Assembly: GCA_963722255.1 (NCBI GenBank)
Contig: CAVRJO010000001.1
Coordinates: 256,001-320,000, forward strand
Source of the DNA: Candidatus Babeliales bacterium
GTDB taxonomy: Bacteria > Babelota > Babeliae > Babelales > JANWKD01
Direction: 5' to 3'
DNA length: 64,000 nt
Of this stretch, positions 1 to 9,398 are shown piece after piece. The notes below the pieces were generated by a model. The model searched no databases. It was not told where the DNA came from and worked only from the letters and a program-made list of their open reading frames with translations. A program made the position numbers and the translations under genes. Position 1 is the stretch's first letter; the number at the start of each line of letters is the position of its first letter.

Positions 1-201
1 CACGTTGCTAGTGCACGGCTTCTTTATTTATCAGAAAACACTAATACAGCTCTTAGTGCTATTCAATTAAAAAATTATTTAAGACATAAAAACTTAATTT
101 CATGCTTAGCATCACGCGCATTTAATGTTTTTCATCCCGACCCTATAGGTATATCCCCAATCGGTGAAATGATGGAAAAACGTATAAATCCGATAAGTTG
201 A
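1..201 (+). CDS. 3' end of a hypothetical protein running in from the left edge
   Basis: Frame +1 is open from base 1 to TGA at 199-201 (HVASARLLYL...EKRINPIS*); no recognisable motif. Confidence 0.4.
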   Translation, partial: HVASARLLYLSENTNTALSAIQLKNYLRHKNLISCLASRAFNVFHPDPIGISPIGEMMEKRINPIS

Positions 202-513
202 ATCTACATGCAAATATTGCTTTGATGATCAATGGTAGCTAATTTACAAAGATACTTTTTGCCTTGAACTGTTTTCATGAATTAATAATTCGCTCATTTT
301 TTTTTGGAAAATAATACTTACTTAGTATGCCATTATTTAAAAATTCTTAAAGAAACTACCCTTTAAAGGTATTTTTGCGTGTATAAAAAAATTAAGTAAA
401 TGCCACGCATAAGTAAAGATTTAATTTTGTATTAATGTAGATAATTTTGTTTAAGAGTTTATAATTACCGTAGTAATCTAATCTACAATTTTTGCTCATG
501 AAAGAATCTAGCT

Positions 514-795
514 ATGACCATTTCTAAAACAATCAGCTTGGACAAAAAAATTATTTTCTTATTATCAATTTGCCTTATGCAAAGCTTACTTAAAGGCATG
601 CATACTGAAGAAAAACTTTTGATAGATCCTGATAATAAAAATAAATATACGATGGAAATGGGAGCAGTTCCGGCTAAAAAAGATAACTTTGATTCATTAT
701 GTAATTGTAGTGAATTTTCATGGTTATGTGATTGTAGCGAAAGACAACGAGCAAGCAATTTACTGTGCTGTTTGATCTTATGTTGTCCTCATTAA
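514..795 (+). CDS. Small secreted protein with Cys-rich C-terminus
   Basis: Signal-peptide-like KKIIFLLSICLMQSLLKG|M; ends LLCCLILCCPH; start may be TTG at 538. Confidence 0.55.
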   Translation: MTISKTISLDKKIIFLLSICLMQSLLKGMHTEEKLLIDPDNKNKYTMEMGAVPAKKDNFDSLCNCSEFSWLCDCSERQRASNLLCCLILCCPH

Positions 796-848
796 TTAGA
801 GAAAATGGTATACTATTACCTATATAAAAAACTTTAAAACTAGTTGAA

Positions 849-1064
849 TTGTTAATGAAAAAGTTATCCATCGGTATAATAATTGAATTCAAAAAAGTCT
901 CAACATTAGGCAATGAAACCATTGAAGCTACTGCACAGCGCGCATTAGAACAAATTAATGCTAAACAGTATGCACAAGAATTAACTTCATTAGGAATTAA
1001 ACAAATTAAAAAGCTTGGTATTGCATTTCAAGGCAAAAAACTTTTGGTTCTTGAAGGTAATTAA
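849..1064 (+). pseudogene. Orphan 3' fragment of an AAA-ATPase/PD-(D/E)XK nuclease gene
   Basis: IIEFKKVST...AQRALEQINAKQYAQEL..LGI..IKKLGIAFQGKK aligns with the C-terminus of ORF 31051..32730; the upstream part of the gene is absent. Confidence 0.8.
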
Positions 1065-1073
1065 TTTAATAAA

Positions 1074-1535
1074 TCAACAACTTTTTTCTTGTAATTTTTC
1101 TGCAACTTCTTTGTAATCAAATGGATCAGCAAACTGTTCCCAAATCACTTTGGGCAATTGTGCAAAAGTCTCTAAGTAAAGAGGATTTGCAGGCAATTGT
1201 TGCAAGGTGCCCTGCTTCTTGTGATGGTTTAAATATTTCAAAATTAACAATGTTGAGAGAGTAAAATCATTTTTAAGAGTAAGGAATGTATAAATACGTA
1301 TTGTTTTGTCTTTCGAACCTGAAGCAATCTTATCACCTTGAGGAGAAAAGCAAACTGTTTCGACAATATCGGTAGATTCTTTAAGCGTGTTAAGACATTT
1401 CCCGGTCTTTGCATCCCATATTTTTACCGTTCGATCCCAAGAACCCGATACAAGCTTTTTACCATTTGGGGAGTAGCGAACTGATTCAACCATATCAGTG
1501 TGGCCTTCTAAAGTAAAAAGGCATTTTTCACCGAG
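1074..1535 (-). pseudogene. 5'-truncated WD40-repeat protein
   Basis: GHTDMVESVRYSPNGKKLVSGSWDRTVKIWD and a second repeat; similarity stops abruptly near 1535 and there is no credible start. Confidence 0.75.
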
Positions 1536-1851
1536 AACATGTACACTTGCACCACACATTTTTAAAAATAAAAAAGGAAGGGAAATAGATCTGCATACTT
1601 TTGCCGTTAACCCTTGCAAGCCTTATCAAGTTGTTCTTTGTACATTAGAAGGCAGAATTTTTTATTTGAATCTTAAAAATTGTTTAAAATCAAAGCAAGA
1701 AAAAAAAGCAAGATTTTTGATGAATGTAAATGAACTTCCCGATTCAATATGGTTTTATGGTACAAATTTATGTATAGGAAGTTGCGTTTATTCGATTGAA
1801 ACTGAAAACTACGCACTAGCTGATTTAGATTTGCGATTTTATAAGATCTAA
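1533..1851 (+). pseudogene. 5'-truncated gene fragment, possibly beta-propeller-like
   Basis: Protein-like frame IDLHTFAVNPCKPYQVVLCTLEGRIFYLNL...; no RBS or start; back-to-back with the WD40 fragment. Confidence 0.45.
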
Positions 1852-1939
1852 TTAACAGATGCATTGCATACCCAATAAATTCACTATAAGGAATTAGATG
1901 AATTCTTTAAAAATCAGCTTCTTGGCTCTATTATTATTA

Positions 1940-3078
1940 CAGGACTTCCGCAGAGTATTTAAAGATTTGATCTAGACGTATTTTTAAAAAATAATAGACT
2001 CTCCCAAAAAGCCTAATTCAAGGGAGAGCCTAAAATGATCATCGTTAATACTATAGCAACTTATCCATTTCTTACAATTCTTACAAATATTGGCAAACGA
2101 AGTTTTGAGAATATGGGTAGGGTAATCAAAAAAAGCGGAGATACCATTAGCCGAATGTTACGGCCAGGTCATGAAAGCCTTGAACAATCAAAAAAAATTG
2201 CACAACAAATTTTCGCTGATAAAAAAGAATTATTAGCAGTTATAGATGAAACGGCTATCAAAAAAATTCATTCTCAAATGATGGAAGGTACGGGATGGCT
2301 TTTTGATACTAAGATAGGCAGGTCGATTAATGCATACAAATTGATTATTGGTGCTATTTCTGATCGTAAGTTTGTTGTGCCTATAAATGCTGCTTTTACT
2401 TTTGGTAAGGAATTTTATACAAATCCAAGCGAAGCTTTAAGAATTACTGTACAACATTTCATTAATACCGCTCAAAAACTTTTCCCTAATACACGAATTA
2501 TTGCTGTTTTAGATGGTGCATATGCTACTGTAAAGTATCTACAATGGGCTATTGAAAATAACATTGAAACTGAAGTGCGCATGCATAGTAATCGTGTTGT
2601 TGAGTACAAAGGAAAAAAGAAAAAGCTGCGTGAAATTAAAGAAATACGTCCAAAAGGCCGCCAAATGGCTCGAACTGTACAAGTTATTTGGCGCGGCCTT
2701 TCTTTATATATTACCGCTGTAAGGCGCATTGATAAGCATGGCAATGAAACAATTGTTTACCAAGCAGCAACCTATAAAGCTACTCCAAAACAACATGCTA
2801 TGAATTATAAAAAGCGATGGGGCATAGAGAAATTAAATAGAACTACTAAGCAAAGTTTAGGTTTACAGGAATGTTTTTCTCGAAAAATAGTTACACAATA
2901 TGACCATATTTGTGCCGTGCTTTTAGCATATTCTCTCGTTCAATTGGAAATGAAAAAAAATGGTTATAAAAACGCAGAAACCGCTATCAGAGCTCTTAAG
3001 AAAAAAAATCCTGCTTTTTTAAATCGATGCATTACGGCTCTAGATCAAAACAATGCTAGTGTTTATGCGTAATTCCTG
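1940..3078 (+). mobile_element. Insertion sequence, IS701/IS4-like, 1139 bp
   Basis: TIRs CAGGACTTCCGCA (1940-1952) and TGCGTAATTCCTG (3066-3078); TSD TTATTA at 1934-1939 and 3079-3084; subterminal IR TTTGATCTAGA (1966-1976) / TCTAGATCAAA (3039-3049). Confidence 0.92.
2035..3072 (+). CDS. DDE transposase (IS701/IS4-like)
   Basis: AVIDET, AVLDGAY and YKKRWGIEKLNRTTKQ (Y-R-E-K signature); fills the IS. Confidence 0.9.
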   Translation: MIIVNTIATYPFLTILTNIGKRSFENMGRVIKKSGDTISRMLRPGHESLEQSKKIAQQIFADKKELLAVIDETAIKKIHSQMMEGTGWLFDTKIGRSINAYKLIIGAISDRKFVVPINAAFTFGKEFYTNPSEALRITVQHFINTAQKLFPNTRIIAVLDGAYATVKYLQWAIENNIETEVRMHSNRVVEYKGKKKKLREIKEIRPKGRQMARTVQVIWRGLSLYITAVRRIDKHGNETIVYQAATYKATPKQHAMNYKKRWGIEKLNRTTKQSLGLQECFSRKIVTQYDHICAVLLAYSLVQLEMKKNGYKNAETAIRALKKKNPAFLNRCITALDQNNASVYA

Positions 3079-3306
3079 TTATTAGGAAATTATTCCTTAC
3101 CAATCTACGGAATGGATGCTCAGGAAAATAAATAAACAATGTTCTTGGTTACAATAGCCACTATGTTATGCATCAGAATATATCAATTTGTGTCAGTTAT
3201 TTTTATTTGTCATTAAAAACAAAACATCACAATCATTTTTGTTTTTTAAGCAAAAAAATGATACTATTAAAGCATAATTAGATTTCTACGTTTACATGGA
3301 GAAGCT

Positions 3307-3951
3307 ATGTTTATTTCACAATGCAGATTAATTCTTCTTATCATATTAGCGAGTTATGCATCCTCAACCTATGGCATGGAGCGCAAAAATAATGCTCTAA
3401 GCGCAAAAAGATTCATTGTCGGCCTTTGTGCAACTACACTAGGGGCTTTGAGCCTCTATGATCAACTACATAATGAAAAATATTCATGGAAACGATCATT
3501 CTTTACAGGAAGCTGTTTATTAACCGGGTTAATAAGTTTATTTGGTAAGTGTAATGTAGCAGGATTCAAAGTTACTCCTCCAACCACTACAAGCTTTACT
3601 CGCACCGAAACATCTTATCAACAAGGTGATCATTGGGTTACCTTTGTTACGCAAGAAGGTGACATACCCCAAACCAATGAAGACCAGCCATCCGAAGCGC
3701 CTTTTGATTTATCAAGCCTTCGTCAATATGAGCCTTACTTACGCGATATGCGACCAACGAGACCCACACAACCACAACGACCCCATGCTTTTATTCCACC
3801 AATGTCTCCTATCATGCCAATGTCTCCCGTCGCACCTTTTGCGCCGTTTTTCACGTTTGATAATAATGGCGAAGAACAATATACACGAAGAACCAGAAGG
3901 CATCGCCAAACAATACCAGGGAACTTTAGTATAAGCTGTACACTTTTTTAA
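3307..3951 (+). CDS. Secreted/membrane protein with hydrophobic hairpin, Pro-rich region and C-terminal CaaX-like motif
   Basis: GGAG RBS; signal peptide ...STYG|M; two hydrophobic segments; ends SCTLF*. Confidence 0.75.
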   Translation: MFISQCRLILLIILASYASSTYGMERKNNALSAKRFIVGLCATTLGALSLYDQLHNEKYSWKRSFFTGSCLLTGLISLFGKCNVAGFKVTPPTTTSFTRTETSYQQGDHWVTFVTQEGDIPQTNEDQPSEAPFDLSSLRQYEPYLRDMRPTRPTQPQRPHAFIPPMSPIMPMSPVAPFAPFFTFDNNGEEQYTRRTRRHRQTIPGNFSISCTLF

Positions 3952-3966
3952 TAAACAACACACTGG

Positions 3967-4983
3967 ATGTCCATGTATAATCTCTATATACCTACTCTTT
4001 GTTCGCTGCTCAATCTAGGAAGCATAAACGGTCCGATCATTCCCGTATATGGCGGATTATTAAATGCAATGTGGCATGTTGTAACAGACTCGAGAGAATA
4101 TGCAATTAAAGAGTTAAACCCTACGGTAATGGCGCGACCTGATGCTTTGAATAATTATGAAATAAGCGAAAAAATCGCCAAGATATTTTTTGATGCAGGA
4201 ATTCCGGCATTAACCTGCATCACCTACAAAAATAATGCCGTTATTAAACTTGATGAAAAATATTTTATTGTTTACCCCTGGATTGAAGGTAGTGTACTTA
4301 AACCTAATGATCTCAGTAAAGAGCATGGTGAAAAAATAGGTGCAATTCTGGCTAAAATGCATCGCTTAGCAATCTGCGTGCCAGAACTTAATAAACTACA
4401 ATTCAATGATCTTCTTGCAAATATGCATACTGATGACTATTGCTCAAATCTTTTAGATGCTGCATGCAAAACCACTCTTTCTTTTGCAAACGATGTAAGC
4501 GGACTGCGCAATCAAATAATAATCTTGTACCAAACCTATAAAGAATCGATACATCTTTTAAACAACACAGTAGTCATAAGCCATGGAGATCTTGACCCGC
4601 GAAATGTTTTATGGACTCATAATAACAATCCCATAATAATTGATTGGGAAGCTGCTCGTACCATAAATCCTACACAAGAAGCTCTTTCTGTAGCACTTGA
4701 TTGGAGCGGATTGCAAGTCGGTGTGATTAATTTTGAAACTTTTAATGCTCTTTTAAAGGCATATGAAAATGCCGGCGGCATCTTAGATAAAAATAGTAGT
4801 GAACTTGCCTTCGATTGTCTTATTGGTAATTGGTTAAATTGGCTCTTTTATAACATCGAACGAAGCTTCAATACGACTATTCATGAAGATGAACGCAGTT
4901 TAGGAATTGATGAGGTACAAAAATCATTAAACATTCTAAAATTTTTGGTAGATAATAAAAAAAGAATTATTGAAGCTTTATAA
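3967..4983 (+). CDS. Aminoglycoside phosphotransferase / choline-kinase-like family protein
   Basis: YAIK, LAKMH, HGDLDPRNVL and IIDWE motifs. Confidence 0.85.
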   Translation: MSMYNLYIPTLCSLLNLGSINGPIIPVYGGLLNAMWHVVTDSREYAIKELNPTVMARPDALNNYEISEKIAKIFFDAGIPALTCITYKNNAVIKLDEKYFIVYPWIEGSVLKPNDLSKEHGEKIGAILAKMHRLAICVPELNKLQFNDLLANMHTDDYCSNLLDAACKTTLSFANDVSGLRNQIIILYQTYKESIHLLNNTVVISHGDLDPRNVLWTHNNNPIIIDWEAARTINPTQEALSVALDWSGLQVGVINFETFNALLKAYENAGGILDKNSSELAFDCLIGNWLNWLFYNIERSFNTTIHEDERSLGIDEVQKSLNILKFLVDNKKRIIEAL

Positions 4984-4995
4984 AAAAGGACCTCG

Positions 4996-6063
4996 ATGTA
5001 CAAAAAAATATTACTACTTTTCTTACTCTATACTACCTTTACCTCTCATGCACACTTTGATCTTTTTTCAGAACCTGCTTTATTGAGCAAAGAAGAGTTC
5101 TTTCAAAATCAATAAAGCTCTTCTTTAGAGATGAACTTTATTTTTAATAATCAAAGCGATTGTAACAACAGGCAAGAACTTTGTTTTTTTTATAAAAATA
5201 GTAGGACATATCTGTTATTCAAATTTTATGGTCCTCTGCACAATCTTCCTTGCCAAATACAAGAAAAGTTTATTCAAACAACAGTTGAATCCGTTGATGG
5301 CGGCACTCTATTGTCTCTTTATGGATTCCCTTCTATTGATAATGAAAAACCTCTCTGCGAAAGTGCATTATTTACTGGAGATTATCATATTCATGAACCA
5401 CGAATCATTGCTGAGCAAGAAGCATCTCTTGTAAAAGAATGCGCTCCTGAAGATCTTGTTCCAATCCTACAAACAAAAAAACTACTTTTTTATACCGGTG
5501 CAGGAATCTCCGCCGAAGTTGTTCCAGCAATGGATCCATTGGTTGCATCATTAGGCCTTTCCTCGGTTACCGGTAAAGAAATGGTCGATACTTTTATCAT
5601 TGATCTAGTAACTAATCCTCAGCACTATGTTAAGGTGATGGATGCGTTTTATACGTCCTGCTTTTATGGTGAACCAACCTCTGCTCATTATGCTCTAACT
5701 GCATTAGCACACTCTACCAAAAGTAAAATTATCACTGAAAATCTAGATTTTTTGCATATGAATACCGGCATTGAAGTTCCTGTTGCAGAAGCCGAATGGA
5801 TTCTTTCTAACATTGATCCGCACGATTTAAAAAAAATTGATGCTTTAATTTGTATAGGTCTTAAATGGGATGAACGAGGCTTTTTGGGATGGTATAAACA
5901 CCACAATCCTACTGGCATTATTATTGCTCTTAATCTTGAAAAACCATGCTATTTAGGAACGAATGATCTTTTTATTCGCGGAGATGCTCAGAAGATACTG
6001 CCTCATATTTCAGTTCTTCTAGAGAAAGCATCTGCATTGTATAAGCCGTTTGTGCTGAAATAA
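4996..6063 (+). CDS. Sir2-like NAD-binding protein with signal peptide; in-frame TAA at 5113-5115
   Basis: AGGA RBS; ATG at 4996 (MYKKILLLFLLYTTFTSHA) is in frame with ORF 5131..6063; FYTGAGISA, PTSAHYAL, ITENLDFLH motifs. Confidence 0.75.
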
Positions 6064-6250
6064 TAACAACTAATAGTATAAAAAACTTAAAAATTTTAAT
6101 ATTCATGACTTATCCTTATTCCATGATGCTTATCAATTTTTCAAACACAATAAAACATTGTTTTGAGATTTTAGCAATTAACTTGTAAACCAATCAATTG
6201 TTGTTACAATAAAGACAGATTAACATTCATTAACCCATCAGGAGCATCTT

Positions 6251-6526
6251 ATGAAATTTTCAAAATTACTATACATAACTATAGCGAGCGCTTCACTAAC
6301 CGGAATATCTTTCAATGCTAATGCATGTCTTTCAAGAGCAATGCTCGAAGAATATGAAAGCAAAAAAACACAGCAGCATAAACCTACAACTAATGCAACA
6401 AACAGCAACCAAAAAGTCAAAGAACAAAAAGCAGAAGTTGTACTCGCTTCACAGCAACCAACGCAAGAATATCGGCCAAAAACATCAGGATCAGCGTTTA
6501 TTTTTCATTCAAAAGAAACAATGTAA
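6251..6526 (+). CDS. Small secreted hypothetical protein
   Basis: AGGAG RBS; signal peptide ending ANA. Confidence 0.7.
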   Translation: MKFSKLLYITIASASLTGISFNANACLSRAMLEEYESKKTQQHKPTTNATNSNQKVKEQKAEVVLASQQPTQEYRPKTSGSAFIFHSKETM

Positions 6527-6584
6527 TTTTGAAAAATAGTTTTTTGTATCAAAAATAATTTTAATCACATGAAGGAACTTTCTT

Positions 6585-7346
6585 ATGAACAACTTATTCT
6601 ATACCCTTACAATTAGTTTGTTTTTTTCATCAACTTTACTCAGTATGGAGGAACCTAAATTACTCATAGAGCAAAAATATGTAGAAAAGACATCGTATTT
6701 TCTTAATTTTAATACTTTTGCTTATTTTTTTACAAGAAAGCTCCCAGACAGAATAATGGATCAGAGCAATCTCAAAAGTTATAAAGACAGAATTGATAGC
6801 TTAAAAGAAACCCTGAAACAATCCCCTGATCAACTTTTCAGGACAATCCGAGATTTACCAAATAGTGATCCTTTCTGTACAACATGTGAAGCATTGGGAA
6901 TTTGGGAAGAATTCAGCAACCTTGCCTATGGATATTGCATAGAAAAAGAAGGCCACTACGTTGCAAAAACCTTTGATGCTCTAAAAAAATTGCGTTTAGA
7001 TTATGAAAAAACTAACAACGCCGATACACCTGGTTATTCTGAACAAAAAAAGGTTACAATAGAAAGAAAAATTGAAAAAATTGATACCTGGTATCATAAG
7101 TTACAAGAATCACCCGAAGAAATATCCGATGTTTTAAAAGAAATTGCTGATTACTTTGGAGAAGCACATGAGGCATGCATAAAATTTTTAAATATTAATA
7201 TTAAACAGTGTGAAAATGAAGAACAAAGAAAAATATTACCAATCTTACAAACAATTGGTACCTCATTGAATACGTTGCTTAATTTAAGAATCAGCTATCT
7301 AATGACGGCACTTAATATGGCTACAAACAAAGTTTTAGAAAATTAA
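6585..7346 (+). CDS. Secreted helical hypothetical protein
   Basis: AAGGA RBS; signal peptide ...TLLS|MEE. Confidence 0.75.
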   Translation: MNNLFYTLTISLFFSSTLLSMEEPKLLIEQKYVEKTSYFLNFNTFAYFFTRKLPDRIMDQSNLKSYKDRIDSLKETLKQSPDQLFRTIRDLPNSDPFCTTCEALGIWEEFSNLAYGYCIEKEGHYVAKTFDALKKLRLDYEKTNNADTPGYSEQKKVTIERKIEKIDTWYHKLQESPEEISDVLKEIADYFGEAHEACIKFLNINIKQCENEEQRKILPILQTIGTSLNTLLNLRISYLMTALNMATNKVLEN

Positions 7347-7364
7347 GTTTAAACGCTCTTTAAT

Positions 7365-7392
7365 GGCTACCGTACATTCTAAGACGGTAGCC
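7365..7392. terminator. Hairpin between convergent genes
   Basis: GGCTACCGT...ACGGTAGCC 9-bp stem. Confidence 0.6.
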
Positions 7393-7419
7393 TATGACAA
7401 TATAAATTCGTTCAAATTT

Positions 7420-8610
7420 TTATTTTTCTTCTCGCAATTTATTAATTAGTGTTCCCGATGATTGCCAACTAATAACCTTTGCATAAGGCCACGGCTGATC
7501 CTCTGACCCACCATAAATAAGGTATCGTGGTGCTTCAGGATGGTCGGTTATGCTTTTCCAATGCTCAAGTTCTTTAAAAAAATCTGTTGCTATAGTCTTA
7601 CCCGATTTAATTTCTACGGCTATTGGGTATTTTGATTCGTCTATAATACAATCAATTTCATGTTGTGTCTGATCGCGCCAAAAATAGAGGCCTGGTTGTT
7701 GTTCTATGTTATATTGCTGCTTCAATAAATCAGAAATAATAAATGATTCAAAAAGTCCACCACGCAAATAATGATCAAGGATATTTTCAGCCGATGGAAT
7801 TTTTAATAACGAGCAAGCTATTCCCGTGTCTATAAAATAAAGCTTTGGAGCCTTAACCACTCTTTTACCAAAATTTTTATAAAAGGGATACAAGAGGAAG
7901 ATCACGTAACTTGCTTCAAGCAGTGATATCCATGCTTTGGCTGTATTCTGATTGATACCGCAATCATTTCCCAATGAAGTTAAATTAAGTTCACGCCCTA
8001 TCCTCCCTGCACACAAGTGCATAAATTTCTGGAATGTATTTAAGTCAGCAACATTCCTAATTTGGCGCACATCTCGTTCTACATACAATCGAAGATAATT
8101 GCTATACATTCGCTCTATAGAAATTTTTTCTGCATGTGCTCTTGGATACGAACCTTTATATAGTATAGTCTCAATTTTGGCAGGCAATAAACTAGCAGAT
8201 TCAAGCTCGCTTATTGATAATGGTAACAATGTTAATACGGCCATACGGCCTGCTAAAGTTTGCGTTATTGCTTCATCAACCAAAAAATTTTGTGATCCGG
8301 TGACAATAAAATAACCTTTCTTTTTTTCCCTATCTACAATTGTTTGCATATACGAAAGAAGAGATGGCACATGTTGAATCTCATCAAGAATTATTCCCGA
8401 TTCAGTTGGGTAATCTGTTAAAAACTTTCGAGGATCGGCCTGAGCAATGGCTCGCAAGTCATAATCCTCCAATGATATATATTTATGATTGGGAAATACC
8501 GTTTGTGACAAGGTTGTTTTTCCAGACTGGCGAGGTCCAACGATAGCAATAACGGGATACTCCAAGGAAGCTTCAAGCACTCTTGATTGCAAAGCTCTTT
8601 TTATTAACAT
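7420..8610 (-). CDS. AAA_14 ATPase with DUF4143 / restriction-endonuclease-like C-terminus
   Basis: GPRQSGKTT Walker A, ILDEIQ Walker B, KLYFIDTG, EID...VEIKSG. Confidence 0.9.
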   Translation of the reverse strand: MLIKRALQSRVLEASLEYPVIAIVGPRQSGKTTLSQTVFPNHKYISLEDYDLRAIAQADPRKFLTDYPTESGIILDEIQHVPSLLSYMQTIVDREKKKGYFIVTGSQNFLVDEAITQTLAGRMAVLTLLPLSISELESASLLPAKIETILYKGSYPRAHAEKISIERMYSNYLRLYVERDVRQIRNVADLNTFQKFMHLCAGRIGRELNLTSLGNDCGINQNTAKAWISLLEASYVIFLLYPFYKNFGKRVVKAPKLYFIDTGIACSLLKIPSAENILDHYLRGGLFESFIISDLLKQQYNIEQQPGLYFWRDQTQHEIDCIIDESKYPIAVEIKSGKTIATDFFKELEHWKSITDHPEAPRYLIYGGSEDQPWPYAKVISWQSSGTLINKLREEK

Positions 8611-8731
8611 GTTTTTCCTAGTTTTTTTGACAAATTAAGAATTGAATCATGGATCTGTCAAAAAATATACCATAAAAACAGGAGAGAAGGCAAAAAATGT
8701 CAATTATCGTTTTCCATCAAATTTCAATCTA

Positions 8732-9091
8732 TTAATTTTGTTCATAGCGCCCCATCTTTATATCTAATTGCCAAGTTTTACAAAATTTTTTCAATTGAGC
8801 GCGCGCTTCTTCAACACTGCTATTGAACGCCCGGTAAAGATTTTTTAAATCTTCTTCAAGTTTTTCATTTCCCTGTGCCATCTCTTTCCAATCCCTACTT
8901 ATAATTCCCATTTCAAGGACAAACATGCAATAAAGATCTTCTTCAATATCACGCGTTAATTTTTGCCTATCTAGGGCATACTTCCCTTGTTCTGCTTGAA
9001 GAGGTAAACTTTTTTTTGCATAAAGCATTCCACTATACCCGCAAAGCGAAATGTATATGAAGGTCATAAAAAGTGACTTTTGAATAAGCAT
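8732..9091 (-). CDS. Secreted hypothetical protein
   Basis: Likely start MLIQKSLFMTFIYISL after an AAGGA RBS; the ORF track extends it to 9166. Confidence 0.6.
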   Translation of the reverse strand: MLIQKSLFMTFIYISLCGYSGMLYAKKSLPLQAEQGKYALDRQKLTRDIEEDLYCMFVLEMGIISRDWKEMAQGNEKLEEDLKNLYRAFNSSVEEARAQLKKFCKTWQLDIKMGRYEQN

Positions 9092-9398
9092 CGAATTTTC
9101 CTTCCATTTATTGAGAATAATTACACTATCATAGTTTATAACAATCACTTTTTTTATCAATTGCATCGCAGTTTCATACTATTATACTAGTAGTTTTTAT
9201 ACATTATTTCCTATTTGGATTTTTTAAACTATATGATAGGTCATTTAGCGTTTAGTCATACTATATGTTAAATGCACTTAACATTTGGTTTAAAATCTCG
9301 AATGTAAGAAATCATCAAAAATATAGTTTAATTGATTTTCATACATCAAATTAAGTAATTTTATCATTGTTGATTCATCTAAAAAAAAGGGGCCTATT

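Larger units (their letters stand above)
1898..3135 (+). pseudogene. Signal-peptide ORF disrupted by the IS
   Basis: AAGGA RBS, ATG at 1898; removing the IS and one TSD copy restores MNSLKISFLALLLLGNYSLPIYG|MDAQENK*. Confidence 0.65.

Noticed and set aside
1074..1260. F-box or SOCS-like motif at the WD40 fragment C-terminus (FAQLPKVIWEQF)
   Set aside because: Only the LP core matches; too weak to call without an HMM
3967..4983. Antibiotic-resistance gene
   Set aside because: The APH/choline-kinase fold is broad and substrate cannot be assigned from motifs
5113..5115. Stop-codon reassignment or selenocysteine
   Set aside because: A single in-frame TAA; TAA, TAG and TGA all terminate conserved genes elsewhere in the window
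4996..8610. Sir2 plus ATPase as an anti-phage defence operon (Thoeris or Sir2-HerA-like)
   Set aside because: The genes are on opposite strands, separated by unrelated ORFs; the Sir2 has a leader; no TIR or HerA partner is present
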